Part shown: one piece after another, positions 1 to 13,840 of the stretch
Layout: every line of letters starts with the position of its first letter
Numbering within the stretch: the first letter of the stretch is position 1
DNA from: Octopus vulgaris
Lineage: Eukaryota
Length of the DNA: 64,000 nucleotides
Direction of reading: 5' to 3'
Assembly: GCA_951406725.2 (NCBI GenBank)
Contig: OX597824.1
Coordinates: 69,254,001 to 69,318,000, forward strand
Position numbers and translations under genes: made by a program
Notes under the pieces: generated by a model
What the model was told of the DNA's origin: nothing
Databases searched by the model: none
Seen by the model: the letters and a program-made list of their open reading frames with translations, nothing else

Positions 1-154
1 CAAGATTACTCATTTTTGCCAGCTGAGTGAACTGGAGCAAAGTGAAATGAAGTGTTTTGCTCAAGAATACAACGCATCGCCCGGTCCAGGAATCGAAACC
101 ACAACCTTACGATCATGAGTTCAACACCCTAACCACAAAGCCACGCCCCTCCAC
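1..154 (-). mobile_element. SINE-B (tRNA head + CORE-like domain), 5' part, cut by window edge
   Basis: Minus strand: gtggaggggcgtggctttgtggttagg (A box) ... ggtttcgattcc (B box) ... cttgagcaaaacacttcatttcactttgctccagttcactcagctg; matches copies at 4623, 19922, 31174, 36971. Confidence 0.8.
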
Positions 155-525
155 ATATCTGATTCATAGCGTAATCTTATTCACATGTTCTTTTATATGA
201 TTTTGAGAGATATAGAATATTTCATCTTTATATCCAGTTTCAGCCAGAATATTATTGTAATACATTTTATTTTTAAATGACACTTTCCCAGCAGAGAATC
301 TAGACATACGAAGAGCAATAGTTTTACGGATAAAGCTAGTAATAGTTTCAGGATGAACTGAAATTCTTTTACGTATACAAGATCAATCTAAGGTTAAATG
401 ATAGTAAAATTAAAATCATAACGTATTTTAAAGCAATCTGTACTGTTATGTATTCTAAGGTTTTATGATCCCTTATTTAGAATATACTTTAATAAGGTCT
501 ATCTTGGACAAAGCTGCATACGAAT

Positions 526-633
526 GTCTACCTTCGGTGGATATTTACTGAAACTGAATTAATTAAATGCAAAGAGATGTGATACCAGAGAACGTCAGAT
601 CATTTATCCAGCAGAAACACGTGTCGGGTTGGA
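526..633 (+). ncRNA. Degenerate hammerhead-like remnant (3' half intact)
   Basis: GAAA-CACGTG-TC at 614-625 followed by gggttgg; tggata/tatcca helix II arms; CTGANGA box not recognisable. Confidence 0.4.
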
Positions 634-752
634 ATTTAATGAGAATAAATAAGTTCTAGAGTTGTATAACTCTCCGTTCTTCTCCATGATCTGATGATAT
701 ATAAATATCTGATGATATATATATATATCTGATGATATATATATATACATAC

Positions 753-809
<57 letters not shown>

Positions 810-927
810 TGATGGGGGTGTGGAGTGTATATATGTGTGTAAGTGGAACGTATATGTAAATATAAACAAATGTACGCATAGGAGCTTATTACTATAAACA
901 CACACACATAAATATGTATATATACGC

Positions 928-960
<33 letters not shown>

Positions 961-990
961 CATAGATAAACACATGGATATACATATATA

Positions 991-1348
991 GTGGAGGCGC
1001 AATGGCCCAGTGGTTAGCACAGTGAACACGCGGTTGTAGGATCGCGGTTTCGATTCCCAGACCGAGCGTTGTGAGTGTTTATTGAGCGAAAACACCTGGG
1101 CGGGTGGGGAGTAGTGAACTCGGCTGTACTCCTTCACCACAACTTGCTCACTTTATTTCTGTTTCTGTTGTACCTGTATTTCAAAGGGGCCAGCCTTGTC
1201 ACGCTGAATCTCCCCCGAGAACTACGTTAAGGGTGCACGTGTCTGTGGAGTGCTCAGCAACTTTCACGTTAATTTCACGAGAAGGCTGATGCTCCGTTTT
1301 ATCGGATCAACTGGAACCCTCGTTGTAATCGACGGAGTGCCACGACGA
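991..1348 (+). mobile_element. SINE-A, tRNA-derived, near full length
   Basis: A box tggcccagtggttag, B box ggtttcgattccc, ttgagcgaaaacac segment, ends in a short acg repeat. Confidence 0.75.
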
Positions 1349-1442
1349 TACATACATATATATACAAACACATATATCAAATGTATGTGCATGTAATTTT
1401 ATGCATACAAACATGTACGGGTATGTATATTTAAATACATCT

Positions 1443-1446
<4 letters not shown>

Positions 1447-1514
<68 letters not shown>

Positions 1515-1750
1515 TTCTCTTATTGTTCTTATGTCAATCACAATTAACCACCTGCCAATAATGTGTTCAATGATGTGTAATAATCTCCTCCATCGCAGCA
1601 GTGAGGGTGGCGGTGGTAATGATAGCAGTGAAGGCGATGGATTATGGCAACGGTGATAGCTGTTATGTGGTGGTGGTGGTGGTGGTGGTGGTGGTGGTGA
1701 TAGTGGCGGCGGTGGTGGTAGTGGTGTGTCGATCATGATAAGAGCAGTAG

Positions 1751-1790
<40 letters not shown>
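1447..1790. repeat. (TG)n, (GGT)n and (GAT)n microsatellites
   Basis: Direct reading. Confidence 0.95.
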
Positions 1791-2009
1791 AGTATTAGTG
1801 GTGCTGGAAGGGTATCGGTGGTGGCTGGAGTGAGAGATAGTCGTGGGTACAGTAGTTCAATGTGGTGTGGTAGCAATGCTGTAATGTTATGTTACGTGTG
1901 TTATGTCTAGTGTTAATGGTAGTGAAGGCGATAGTTTTGTTTATGTAGTTGTTGGTTCACGGGGTTTGAGTGTGGTGAGCGCGACGATATACGATATATA
2001 TAATATAGA

Positions 2010-3094
<1,085 letters not shown>

Positions 3095-4072
3095 TTATAC
3101 ACATATATATTTGTGGTGCATATACATCATACAAGCAGAAAATTCCAAGTGCGCATATGTGTGTAAGAATCAACTTCGTAGACGCACACTGTTGCGTATA
3201 ACCCACATAAATACACATGCACACAAACACACGTTCAAACACACACACACAGACTCACATACAGAGAGAGAGAGACTAACACAGGTACACATGCACAAAC
3301 ACTGTCGCACATAGTCATACATAAGTTTCAGTTTCTGAAATGAATCTGAATGTATGGAATTGTGTTAGCAAAACAAGGAGAACTGGATTTCTGTCAGTTT
3401 CAATAGTGTTTAAGTAGTTCGATCAACTAAAATTATGTGCTCATTGAATAAGCGGCTGAATATTCCATAGATGCAATTGAACTTAATATTATTCTCAGGC
3501 AGAATCAGATTGAACTAGTTATACTTTAATTACAGTTACAGTCAATCCACAGGCTTCTATGCAGTTTCCGCTTCCATACCTTTTCTCCTAGGGCACAACC
3601 CAAACCGAAGCTACGGTAAGAAAGAAAGAAAACTATCTGTTCCAGACGCTATGCCCTGCGATCGAATGCGACACTTCCTGGCTGCGAAGCGAATATTCTC
3701 TTATATTCTGCCTAGGCAATCAATATCAAATGGGAGTATACATATGTACACAAACATTAATGCCATTTTTCCCCAAAGATCAAAATAAACTGACTACCAT
3801 CATGGAGACCCAACTGATTTTTAACATAATAACGAATTGTAAGACATATAAACCGTTGTCTACTTGAGGTTCCTGTAAGAAAGATAAATATGTGGTTACA
3901 ATTGCTCATACAGCAGACACATTCTTAGAAAGATACAAAGGAAGCCATGATATACAATGGTTCACGATGCGTCGGAAAAATCTCCCATATTCTAGAAGGC
4001 CATTGCTGCGGACCCTTAGATATTAGACAGGTGGTAATGATATCCTTATATACATAATGCGTTATCTATATA

Positions 4073-4291
4073 AGGCGGCGAGCTGCTAGAAACATTAGCA
4101 CGCCGGGCTAAATTCGTCTGTCGTTACGTTCCGAGTTCAAATTCCGCCGAGGTCGACTTTGCTTTTCATCCTTTCGGGGTCGATAAATTAAGTACCAGTT
4201 ACGCACTGGGGTCGATGTAGTCGACTTAATGTCTTTGTCTGTCCTTGTTTGTCCACTCTGTGTTTAGCCCCTTGTGGGTAGTAAAGAAATA
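4073..4291 (+). mobile_element. SINE-C (tRNA head, Meta-like central domain, tail type 1)
   Basis: ggcggcgagctg...gagttcaaattccgccgaggtcgactttgc...catcctttcggggtcgataaattaagtaccag...ccccttgtgggtagtaaagaaata; many related copies in the window. Confidence 0.85.
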
Positions 4292-4622
4292 TATATACAT
4301 AATGCGTTATCTTTGTTTGCTAGCGGCCATTAAGGTTTTCACTAGCGTTTACTGTATATTTGCTGTTGGAATGTTTACCAGGAATGAGGACTGGGAAGAG
4401 TTTTTGCCGAAACCTTCGTCTAAAGAGTTTCGTACTTGCATCAGATGAATGCTAGTAATTTCCCATGTACACAACTACTCATATATATCCAAAAGTAGAG
4501 TGACATATGAACTGGTATCGACGTATCTCTTGACATTTCTTGGCTGAAAAAATACAAATGTGTTCTTTTATGTGTGAGACCTATTTGACTTTCACGAAGA
4601 AGAATTTAAATCTATGCATAGA

Positions 4623-4958
4623 GTAAAAAGCCTCTTCGGTTATAAATGACCATGGAATTACACCTAGAAAGTTACCCTTAGAAAGTCCAGGCAAGGTTGT
4701 TTATTGAAGACCAGCAGGCGCCCATGCATACAAGCCCTCCTTCTCCACGCCACCGATGTTATCCAAGGGAAAGGCCAAGAGGCCGATTCAGCTTGGCATC
4801 AGTGATGTCGCAGCTCATTTCTACATCTGAGTGACGCGGAGCAACGTGAAATAAAGTGTCTTGCTCAAGAACACAACACACAGCCCGGTCTGGGAATCGA
4901 ACTCACTTCTTCCTGATTGTGAACCCTAGGCTTTAACCACTGAAACATGCGCCTTCAC
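4623..4958 (-). mobile_element. SINE-B, full length
   Basis: Reverse complement of the 36971-37308 copy over its length. Confidence 0.85.
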
Positions 4959-5082
4959 GCATACATATACAAATATAGACATGGATGCATATATACATAC
5001 TTAGATCGATAAGTACATAAATAAGTACCACTGTACATAGATACTATATACATCCGTACATATATCAAAACACATGCATTGT

Positions 5083-5396
5083 GCTGTATAGCTTGCATGC
5101 CACTCACATGGTTCCGGATTCAGTCCAGCTACGTGACACCTCGAACAAATGTCTTCTAGAATAGCATCGAGCCGACCAAATACTTGTTTGTCCTCTCTGT
5201 GTTTAGCCCCTTGTGAGTAGTAAAGAAATAGGTATTTCATCTGCTGTTACGTTCTGAGTTCAAATTCCGTCCAGGTCGACTTTGCCTTTCATCCTTTCGG
5301 GGTCGATAAATTAAGTACCATTTGCGTACTGGGGTCGATCTAATTGACTAGCTCCCTCCCTAAAAATTTCATGTTTTGTGCCTAGAGTAGAAAAAT
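5083..5396 (+). mobile_element. Chimera: SINE-D head fused to SINE-C tail 1 plus a restarted SINE-C unit
   Basis: D head to ccgaccaaatacttgt, then ttgtcctctctgtgtttagcccc...aaagaaataggtatttc...gagttcaaattcc...cctagagtagaaaa. Confidence 0.75.
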
Positions 5397-6331
5397 ATAA
5401 GTCAATAAGAAAAATTATTTCATGGAAATAACGAAGAGTAAGGTGACATTGTGTTTAAAGAGTGACTTCAATGAAATTACGGGTGAAGAAAAAAACTTCG
5501 CACACATAAACACACACACATACAAACACATACACAGACACACACACACTCCAAGTACATATTTACATTTATATATTTATGCACGTATGCATCATCCTTG
5601 TATGTATGCATATGTGCACGTGTGCATATGTATACATATATAAATATATATCTACACGTTTGTTCATACATATATATATATGTTTATATATGCAAGTATA
5701 TATGTGTATGTGTGAGTGTGTGTTTGTATGTGTGTGTGTGTGTGTGTGTGTTAGTTTGATTTACGTAATCGGGTATATTAAGGGTGTGATAATCTTTTAA
5801 AACTGTCGATCAAGTTTAAGACAGACAAACAGACAGATGCAGCGAAAATGAGAAAGAGAAGCAAAAAGATAGATAGACAGATAGATACAGAGAGAGAAGG
5901 AGAGAGAGAAAAATAGGCAGACAGACAGAGATAAAGAGAAGAAAGGAGATAGACAGATAGATAAATAATTAAATAAATAAATAAATAAATAAGAACGTAG
6001 AGAGGTAGATAGACAGATACATAGATAGATAAAGACGGAGAGAGCGATTATAAGAAAAATACGTGCTAAAGGTGACGAGCGATATATGAGTCTTATTAGA
6101 TTAGTTAATCTCGTACGCGCGCGCGCACACACACACACACACACACAAATACACACACACATCTATTAATTCATCTGCCACCTCTGCTCTTCAAATTTCT
6201 CATCTCTATCTTTCTCTCTGTCTCAAGCTTTCACATACTACCCCCATCATCTCACTGTTCTCAATCTCAACATTACCTACAATCTTTCCCCTCGCCCACT
6301 TTAATCCTTTCTCTCTCCACTCATATATATA

Positions 6332-6372
<41 letters not shown>

Positions 6373-6434
6373 GTATCTAAATATGTATGTATGTATGTAT
6401 ATATGTATATATGTATATATGTATGTATATATGC

Positions 6435-6479
<45 letters not shown>

Positions 6480-6989
6480 TATGTATATATACACGTACAT
6501 ACATATATAAGCATATATACATGCATATATATAAATATATGGATATATATATCTCTTATTATAAAAGGCAGATTTTATCTGCCTCCCTTTGGGAGTTATA
6601 CAAATCTACAATATAGGATTTCTTCAATTACAATTTACCTAGCAATTTTAAGAGTACAATGCATCGCGTCATGCCAGGTCCAGTTTTTAAAATTTAAACT
6701 CCAATTAAGCAAAATTTACAGAAAACTCACATTCTGGTGTGTGTGTCAAATGCTTTTCTTAGTCTGGTTTACACCACACGCAAACGCACACACACAGTGG
6801 GCAACGAATAAAGTGAAACTAGATGTAATATTTGTTTCTCTCTATCACGCTGATAGATACATGAGTAAAATGTATGGGAAGCTAACACATAAGTGTGAGT
6901 GAAAATGTTCTTGAAAGAGAGTAAATAGCCAGAGATAGTGATTTGAGGAACACTCATACATACATACATACATACATACATACATACAT

Positions 6990-7026
<37 letters not shown>

Positions 7027-7340
7027 TACATACACACACACATACATACATACACACATACATACATACATACATACATATACATACATACATACACACA
7101 CACACATACACACACACACAGTATTGAAGCTTGAGAACAATCAGATACATTTGCAACACATCTGTTGAAAATATTATTGTTCACACACATACATATACAT
7201 ATATACATACAGACAGACAGACAGATAGACACACACACACACACACATGATCCAGCATGGCCACAACCTCAAGGCTGAAACATATAAAAGAATAACAGAA
7301 TATAAATGTGTGCATGTGTGTGAGAGAGAGAGTGTGTGTG

Positions 7341-7372
<32 letters not shown>

Positions 7373-7380
7373 TATATATA

Positions 7381-7815
7381 TAATAATGCGGTTTTTTCAA
7401 CAGCTTGAACTAAAAGTCAGAGGGGAATGGGATAAACTACTTATATTAACTTGCTATAAAAGCAGGTAGTAATTTTATCTTGTCCTTATTCATAGTGCAA
7501 GTTTTGAAGAGTGCATTTCGATTTTAACAGCTATTTTTTTCAAAGCTATATTGGAACAGCCTAGAAGACGAGCCTCATCCTGAAAGATCTGTAGAACTCG
7601 ACAAGGACATCCTGAAAACCCTGGTGGAACAAAATCTCATCGTAACTGTTGAGGAACTAGCAGAGAAGCTTGGATTTGGTCATTCAACCATTCATTGAGA
7701 CCTGTGTGCTATCGGAAAAGTCAGCAAATTGGGTCAATGGGTTCCTCACGAACTTTCCGAGTCTAATTGCATGCAGAGAGTGAATGTATGCTTTTCTTTG
7801 CTGTCATATCTCACC
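7381..7815 (+). mobile_element. Mariner (DD34D) 5' fragment, internally deleted
   Basis: Partial TIR aataatgcggtt; translates LEDEP..LVEQNLIVTVEELAEKLGFGHSTIH*..GKVSKLGQWVPHEL (mariner WVPHEL motif). Confidence 0.9.
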
Positions 7816-7833
7816 ACTACTGCGCTATGTATA

Positions 7834-8471
7834 TCTATATATATAAAACTGTAGTTGTGTGAGTGTCTGTCCCCTTCGATTTAGATTCCTAACTACTCCC
7901 ACATTTTGCGGTGCAGTTTAACCAAATTCGGGTAGCTTATAGTCGTGATTCATATCGAGCCCGTCTGAGTATTAGCGCGCGTCTACGATGAGTCTACGAT
8001 TTTAAAAATAATTTAACATCATTTTTTATTCCATTTTAATGCATAATTTTTCGCGTGTCGATGGCGGCGGAGTTGGCGTCCACGCTCACACCTGCACCTG
8101 TGGGGAAGGGAGTGTAAGGAAATCAACGTCGTAATGCGTTGTCAAGGAGACCAGCGTTCTTTTAGAACAACGACTTCATGGCTTGAAGACACCAAAACAG
8201 AAATGGCTAAGAAAGCGTCTACATGAGTCTACGATTTAAAAAAAAAATTTACCATGGTTTTTTTCCCATTTTAATGCATTTTTTCGCTATTATATAAGGG
8301 AAGTAACTCTCTAAATATGTCTACGATGAGTCAACGGTTTTTCAAAAAATTTACCATCATATTTTTTCCATTTTTAATGCATTTTTTGCTATTTTTTGGC
8401 TATAACTCTCTAAAAATGCTTATATAGTTATTTCCCTTACAAACCCGAGCAACGCCGGGCGATACTGCTAG
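7834..8471 (+). mobile_element. Non-autonomous Helitron (family H1, long form)
   Basis: A|TCTATATATATAAA 5' end; subterminal hairpin cccgagcaacgccggg; CTAG|T 3' end; no TSD. Confidence 0.9.
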
Positions 8472-8662
8472 TATATATATATTTACAAGCACGCCATGTA
8501 TTTTGTATGCCAAACTGTAGGTGCGCATGCGTCAAGTGTCTGTGAGTTCGTATATATGTGTTTGTATGTGCGTGTATGTATGTGCGTGCGTATGTGTGGT
8601 GTGTGAATGTGTGTGTGTGTGTGCGTCTGTGTGTATGTTTGTGTATGTGTATGTTTGTTTGC

Positions 8663-8705
<43 letters not shown>

Positions 8706-9048
8706 TGTGTGTGTGTTTGTGTGTATGTGTGTGTGTATTTGTTTCAAATGAAACGATAAACATTAACTTGCTCTTTAATTGACGTCTGATCTTGCAACCT
8801 GACTAACGATCTACCTTGTTAGTTAATTATTGCCTCAAAATCTGAACTTCCCTTCACACCCAAACACACACACACACACATACTCACACACACACACAGG
8901 CACACACACTCGCAGATAGCGATTATATGGATAAATATTTCGTAGTCATACAGAAAATTTCTTTTTTGTTTCAAGGCTATTAAGCTAGAGCACTCAGTAA
9001 ATAGAAGAATAAGATTAACAGCAATAATATATAAAATGGATCATATAT

Positions 9049-9109
<61 letters not shown>

Positions 9110-9415
9110 TGAGTGTGTGTAACTTGTGCAATGAGGCACTTGAAATCAAAAACCAAGTTAAGTACAGTTGTAAGTCGTTACACAGCGAGTTTTATATTCG
9201 TAGAGAATGTGTTAGTGGTACCCATGTATGCATACATGTCTCAGAAAAAGTGACACAATCGGGAGCAGATGCAGGAGAAACATAAAAGACACACACACAA
9301 AAACACACACGCATATATAAACGTACATGCTGGGTTGATTATGTTATCTTTATACTTTTGGAGTCCTTGTGTTTTCTTATACACACACACAAACACATAT
9401 ATATATATATATATA

Positions 9416-9803
9416 CTAGCAGTATCGCCCGGCGTTGCTCGGGTTTGTTTCGACCCTTTAGAATTGGAATTTTTGAAAAGTAAAAATTTTGCATTATGTA
9501 GCTTGTTATTCCCTTTAAGTGAACACTTTTCTGGTTGAAATACAACGAAAAATGGCGATAGAGCAGTAAAAATATAATAAAAATTAGGGATCTTCATACA
9601 ATAATAGCACCTTTTTGGTGTAAATAATTTTTGATGTTAACATGGTCCGATTTGAATTTTTTCCTCTACGAAAGGAACAGCAAGCCTTCTTCTATCATAC
9701 TCTGAATTTCGGTCAACTTGCGCCGCAGGGTCTCGGAGGAGATAGTATTAGTTGAAGGCTACCAAACCTACCATACACAGACAATTTCAGCTTTATATTT
9801 ATA

Positions 9804-9805
<2 letters not shown>
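9416..9805 (-). mobile_element. Non-autonomous Helitron (family H2, shares 3' end with H1)
   Basis: Minus strand begins TCTATAAATATAAAGC and ends acaaacccgagcaacgccgggcgatactgCTAG|T; internal sequence differs from H1. Confidence 0.85.
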
Positions 9806-9872
<67 letters not shown>

Positions 9873-9926
9873 GCACATATATGCATGTATAATGAATTAG
9901 CATGCACACATCTGTGTGTGCATATA

Positions 9927-10057
9927 GTTGAAATTTACAGAAAAACAAAAGACGAAGACAGGTGTATAAACAACAAGCAGGTGTATTAGTTCAATGCTCG
10001 GGAATGTGAGAAAGTTCTTTACGTTTCGAGCATACGCTCTTCAGCAGAAAGGAACAC
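9927..10057 (-). mobile_element. Penelope-like terminal fragment with minimal hammerhead-like motif (10014-10055)
   Basis: Minus: cttt-CTGCTGA-A-GAGC-gtat-GCTC-GAAA-CG-TA-aag; homologous copy at 61870-62000. Confidence 0.6.
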
Positions 10058-10899
10058 GAGGTTATAAATACAGAGAGAATAATGTATATAAATATATATA
10101 TACATGCGTGTGTATGTATGTATGTATGTACATTTGCGTATGCATGTGCGTAAAGTTTATGATTTACCGGAACATAGGAATGTGCTGGAATAATTTCCAG
10201 CACATAACCCCATTATTTACACACAAAATGGTTCAATCCATTCGATCAGCTCGATATGTGATAGACATCACGTAGAATCTCTCTTTCTCGCTTGTTCTCC
10301 CTTTTTCTCTCTCTCTCCCTCTCTTTGTACACAAATATGCACACACACACTGCGTCATATTTATAGATACATATACATACATATGTAAATATCGGTATGG
10401 ATATAATTGCAGTATGTGTGTATGTATGTGAATATATGTATATATACATATACACATATTAATATAATCATATATATATATGTGTGTGTGTATGTGTATA
10501 CACATATAGAGAGAGACAGACAGACAGATAGACAGACAAAACAGACATACTCGTGCACACTCACATACACACACACAGACGCATTATATACTGGAAGCAA
10601 CTTAAAGACGACTGCCAAAACTGTTAAGTCTGGTTTAATTTTCCATCTCGTTATCTTCGCCCCACCTCACCTGACGGCATCTCTCTCATTTTCTCCTCTC
10701 CGCCTTTTCCTCTCTCGCATTCTCTCTCTCTCATCCTTTGTGCCGTCCCTTCTCTTTCTCTCTGTCACTCTCACTCTCCCTCTCTCTTATCTCTACACTT
10801 CTCCGCTCACTTATCAGATTACTGATCTTCTTAGCGGATCACATTTAGCTTAAGCAACAGTCAGCATATCTTCTTAGCAGTAACAATAAAAGAAGCAAT

Positions 10900-10966
10900 A
10901 ATGATGATGATGATGATGATCATCATCATCATCATCACGACGACGACGACGGGGACGACGACAAAG

Positions 10967-11019
<53 letters not shown>

Positions 11020-11214
11020 AATTACAAGTAATACTACTACTCAATAATAATAATAATAATAACAATTATAATACCTCTACTACAGTCGATGATGATGGTG
11101 GTGGTGGTGGTGGTGGTGGTGGTGGTAAATGTGACAGCAATGGTCGAATACAATATCATTGTATCATTGTTTAGGTGCAGCAACAGTGTCAGTATATAAA
11201 ACACCACCACCACC

Positions 11215-11246
<32 letters not shown>

Positions 11247-11290
11247 CAACAACGCCAGTATCAATGGCAGTATCAATAACAACAACCACA
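10900..11290. repeat. Trinucleotide mosaic (GAT/CAT/CGA/CTA/AAT/GGT/CAC/CAA)
   Basis: Direct reading. Confidence 0.9.
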
Positions 11291-11594
11291 AGAACGGCAA
11301 CTATAAATCAATTGCTCTTAGTAAAAAAGATGTGCGCCATTTTTCACCTATCTGACACTTTACGTCTTAGCTAATACTAATTAAAAAAAAAAAAATAATA
11401 ATGTAAAAATTAGAAAGCCACACCCAAATTGAAAGCTACAGCACACACACACGCGCGCGCCACACGCGTAAATATTTACATGCACAAACACATACATGTA
11501 TATGAACTAAACGTGCATGCGTATGTGTGAACATATATGATATAATATAATATAACACTATATAATATAATATAATATAATATAATATAATATA

Positions 11595-11633
<39 letters not shown>

Positions 11634-11975
11634 GCACAAAGTAGGTAGGTAGAAAATTTCTATAAGAGATGAATGTAATAACTATACTGAGAAGTAATGT
11701 TTCTCACCACTTCAACAGGAGTCTTCCGTACGGTGGTAATAAGCTCGGTTGGTACGGAACAGCCATGTTGAAATGGCGACAAACATCACTGATATATACA
11801 TACACTTGTAAATATACTTGTATATACCTTATATATATATAAGTAATTTTAGAGACAGAACCACCTTCAACTCAATCAACACTGAAAGATTTTATGCCCG
11901 ACCACTCCATAAAAAGTTAAAAATCATATCTTATACTAACTATATCTATTCCGAATCCTGTATTTTCCGCTTATG

Positions 11976-12075
11976 AGACTACACGTGTTTCATGATAGTA
12001 CGTCGGTATTGATTAGATACGAGGTATCCAGTTTCAATACTTACTCGAGTCGACATACTCCCAATCTTCAGATCT
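11976..12075 (-). ncRNA. Type I hammerhead ribozyme candidate with extended helix II
   Basis: Minus: AGAU-CUGAAGA-U-UGGGAGUAUGUCG...CGACGUACUAUCA-U-GAAA-CACGUG-UA-GUCU; all three helices can form. Confidence 0.7.
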
Positions 12076-13099
12076 GGATTCTTCAACATTTTTCACTACC
12101 CCTAACTCTTATATACTTCCATGATACTAGAGTATCTTCAATATAATCTTACTTAATATGTTCAAATGAATAGAAATACAATTAATAAATAAAAATACTA
12201 ACTGAATATTAAGAATTTAAGGAGTAATAATTTAGAGAATAAAAACTCAAGGAATAAACATTTAAGGTGGAAAAAAAAAAAATATATATATATATATATA
12301 TACACATATATACACACATTATGTGTATGTATGCCATATGCCACAGAAACTCTTAAATCTGAAACCGTAATTTAGATTTATCGTAGCACAATTATATTTG
12401 CAATGAAGAAAATCGTTGAGTAAATGACCCCCAGATATAAAAGATCCGCAGAAAACAAGCGTATTAAATATATAGTCCCATCCTCAGCTGGCTATCGGAT
12501 ATCGTTATGATTTCGATATCTGGCTAGCAACAGTGCTAAATATATAAACGCTGTCTGTAGACAAGTACAAAAACAAAACGTTGCTGTAATATACCCATTA
12601 CGTCTACACCTGTATATTATTAGATATATCATCCAATATAAAGAAAAACATATTAAACCTATATTTACAACTGAAATTTTGACCTAAAAAACAAAAAATA
12701 TCACTCCAAAAAGGATGTTTTGCTTTAAAATCTATAAAATACAATTCAACTAGCGAACTAAACGTATTGAGCAAAATTTACTCAGCAACCAGCGATAGAT
12801 GAAATGGAAAATAACGACAACCAAAGGATTGCCAAACTTATAATTCAAATATATCGATTAATTAACGAACGGATCATTACATGCCCTGCTTCATCCTCTA
12901 TGACAAAGTCCAAACACGAAACCACTTCAAAAGTGAATTGAGTGTACACTAGCAGAACATTACACCTTTTAACCAACGTTTCGAAACCATATGGCATGGA
13001 AATTGACTAGCATAGTAAAAAAAAGACCATATATAAAATAATATAGATATGATAAAAATTAACATAAATGAAACGAAATAACTGCAAACAAACTGAATA

Positions 13100-13134
<35 letters not shown>

Positions 13135-13518
13135 TACATGGGCACTGGGCGTCATGAAATGTGTACAACAAAAAAATACTAAGTACGGATACTTGGAATA
13201 TGAACTATTTTTCGAACAACGAAAGGCACAAATGGAAAACAAGACAAACAATATAAAGAACGACCCTTCATCAGTTGTTGGCTGTTTTTCTATTCTCGTA
13301 TTTCGAGCATGTACTAATAATATACGCTTTCGATAAAAAAAAGTTGGTCCTGCAAAGCAAATTAAATAAAACTTGGGATTTTGCGGAGGGTCAAAATTAG
13401 TAACACAAACAGGACAGTGAAAACAAGCCGGAAGGGCTGCTAAGCCTAAATGAGGTTGTAGTGGTGAACGTTTAAATCAAGCTTGGATAGGAGAGAGACA
13501 AGAACACGTCTTCCTTTT

Positions 13519-13840
13519 TCCAGCCCTTGGGCTTATTTTTTGTGACATTAGTACTTATACTATCGGTCTCTTTTGCCGAACCGCTTGGTTGGTGAACATA
13601 CATACCAGCATCGGTTGTCAAGCGATAATGTGGGGATAAAACAGACACACACCCATAAATACACACACACACAGATATATATATATATTTGAATATACGA
13701 CTGGCTTATTTCAGTTTCCGTCTACCAAAATCCATTCACAAGGCATTGGTCGGCACGAGACTATAAGTAGAAGGCACTTGGGGTGTCATGCACTGGGACT
13801 GCACTCAGAGCCATATGGTTGGGAACCAAATTTCTTACTC
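13519..13840 (-). mobile_element. SINE-D with internal (CA)/(TA) microsatellite
   Basis: Reverse complement of the 22117-22521 type; 3' tail truncated. Confidence 0.8.

Noticed and set aside
991-1065. tRNA gene
   Set aside because: A/B boxes run into a SINE body and no clean cloverleaf is evident; the same applies to the other SINE heads.
4425-4447. Minus-strand CTGATGC-aagtac-GAAA hammerhead-like motif
   Set aside because: A9 is missing and helices II and III do not form; too degenerate to call.
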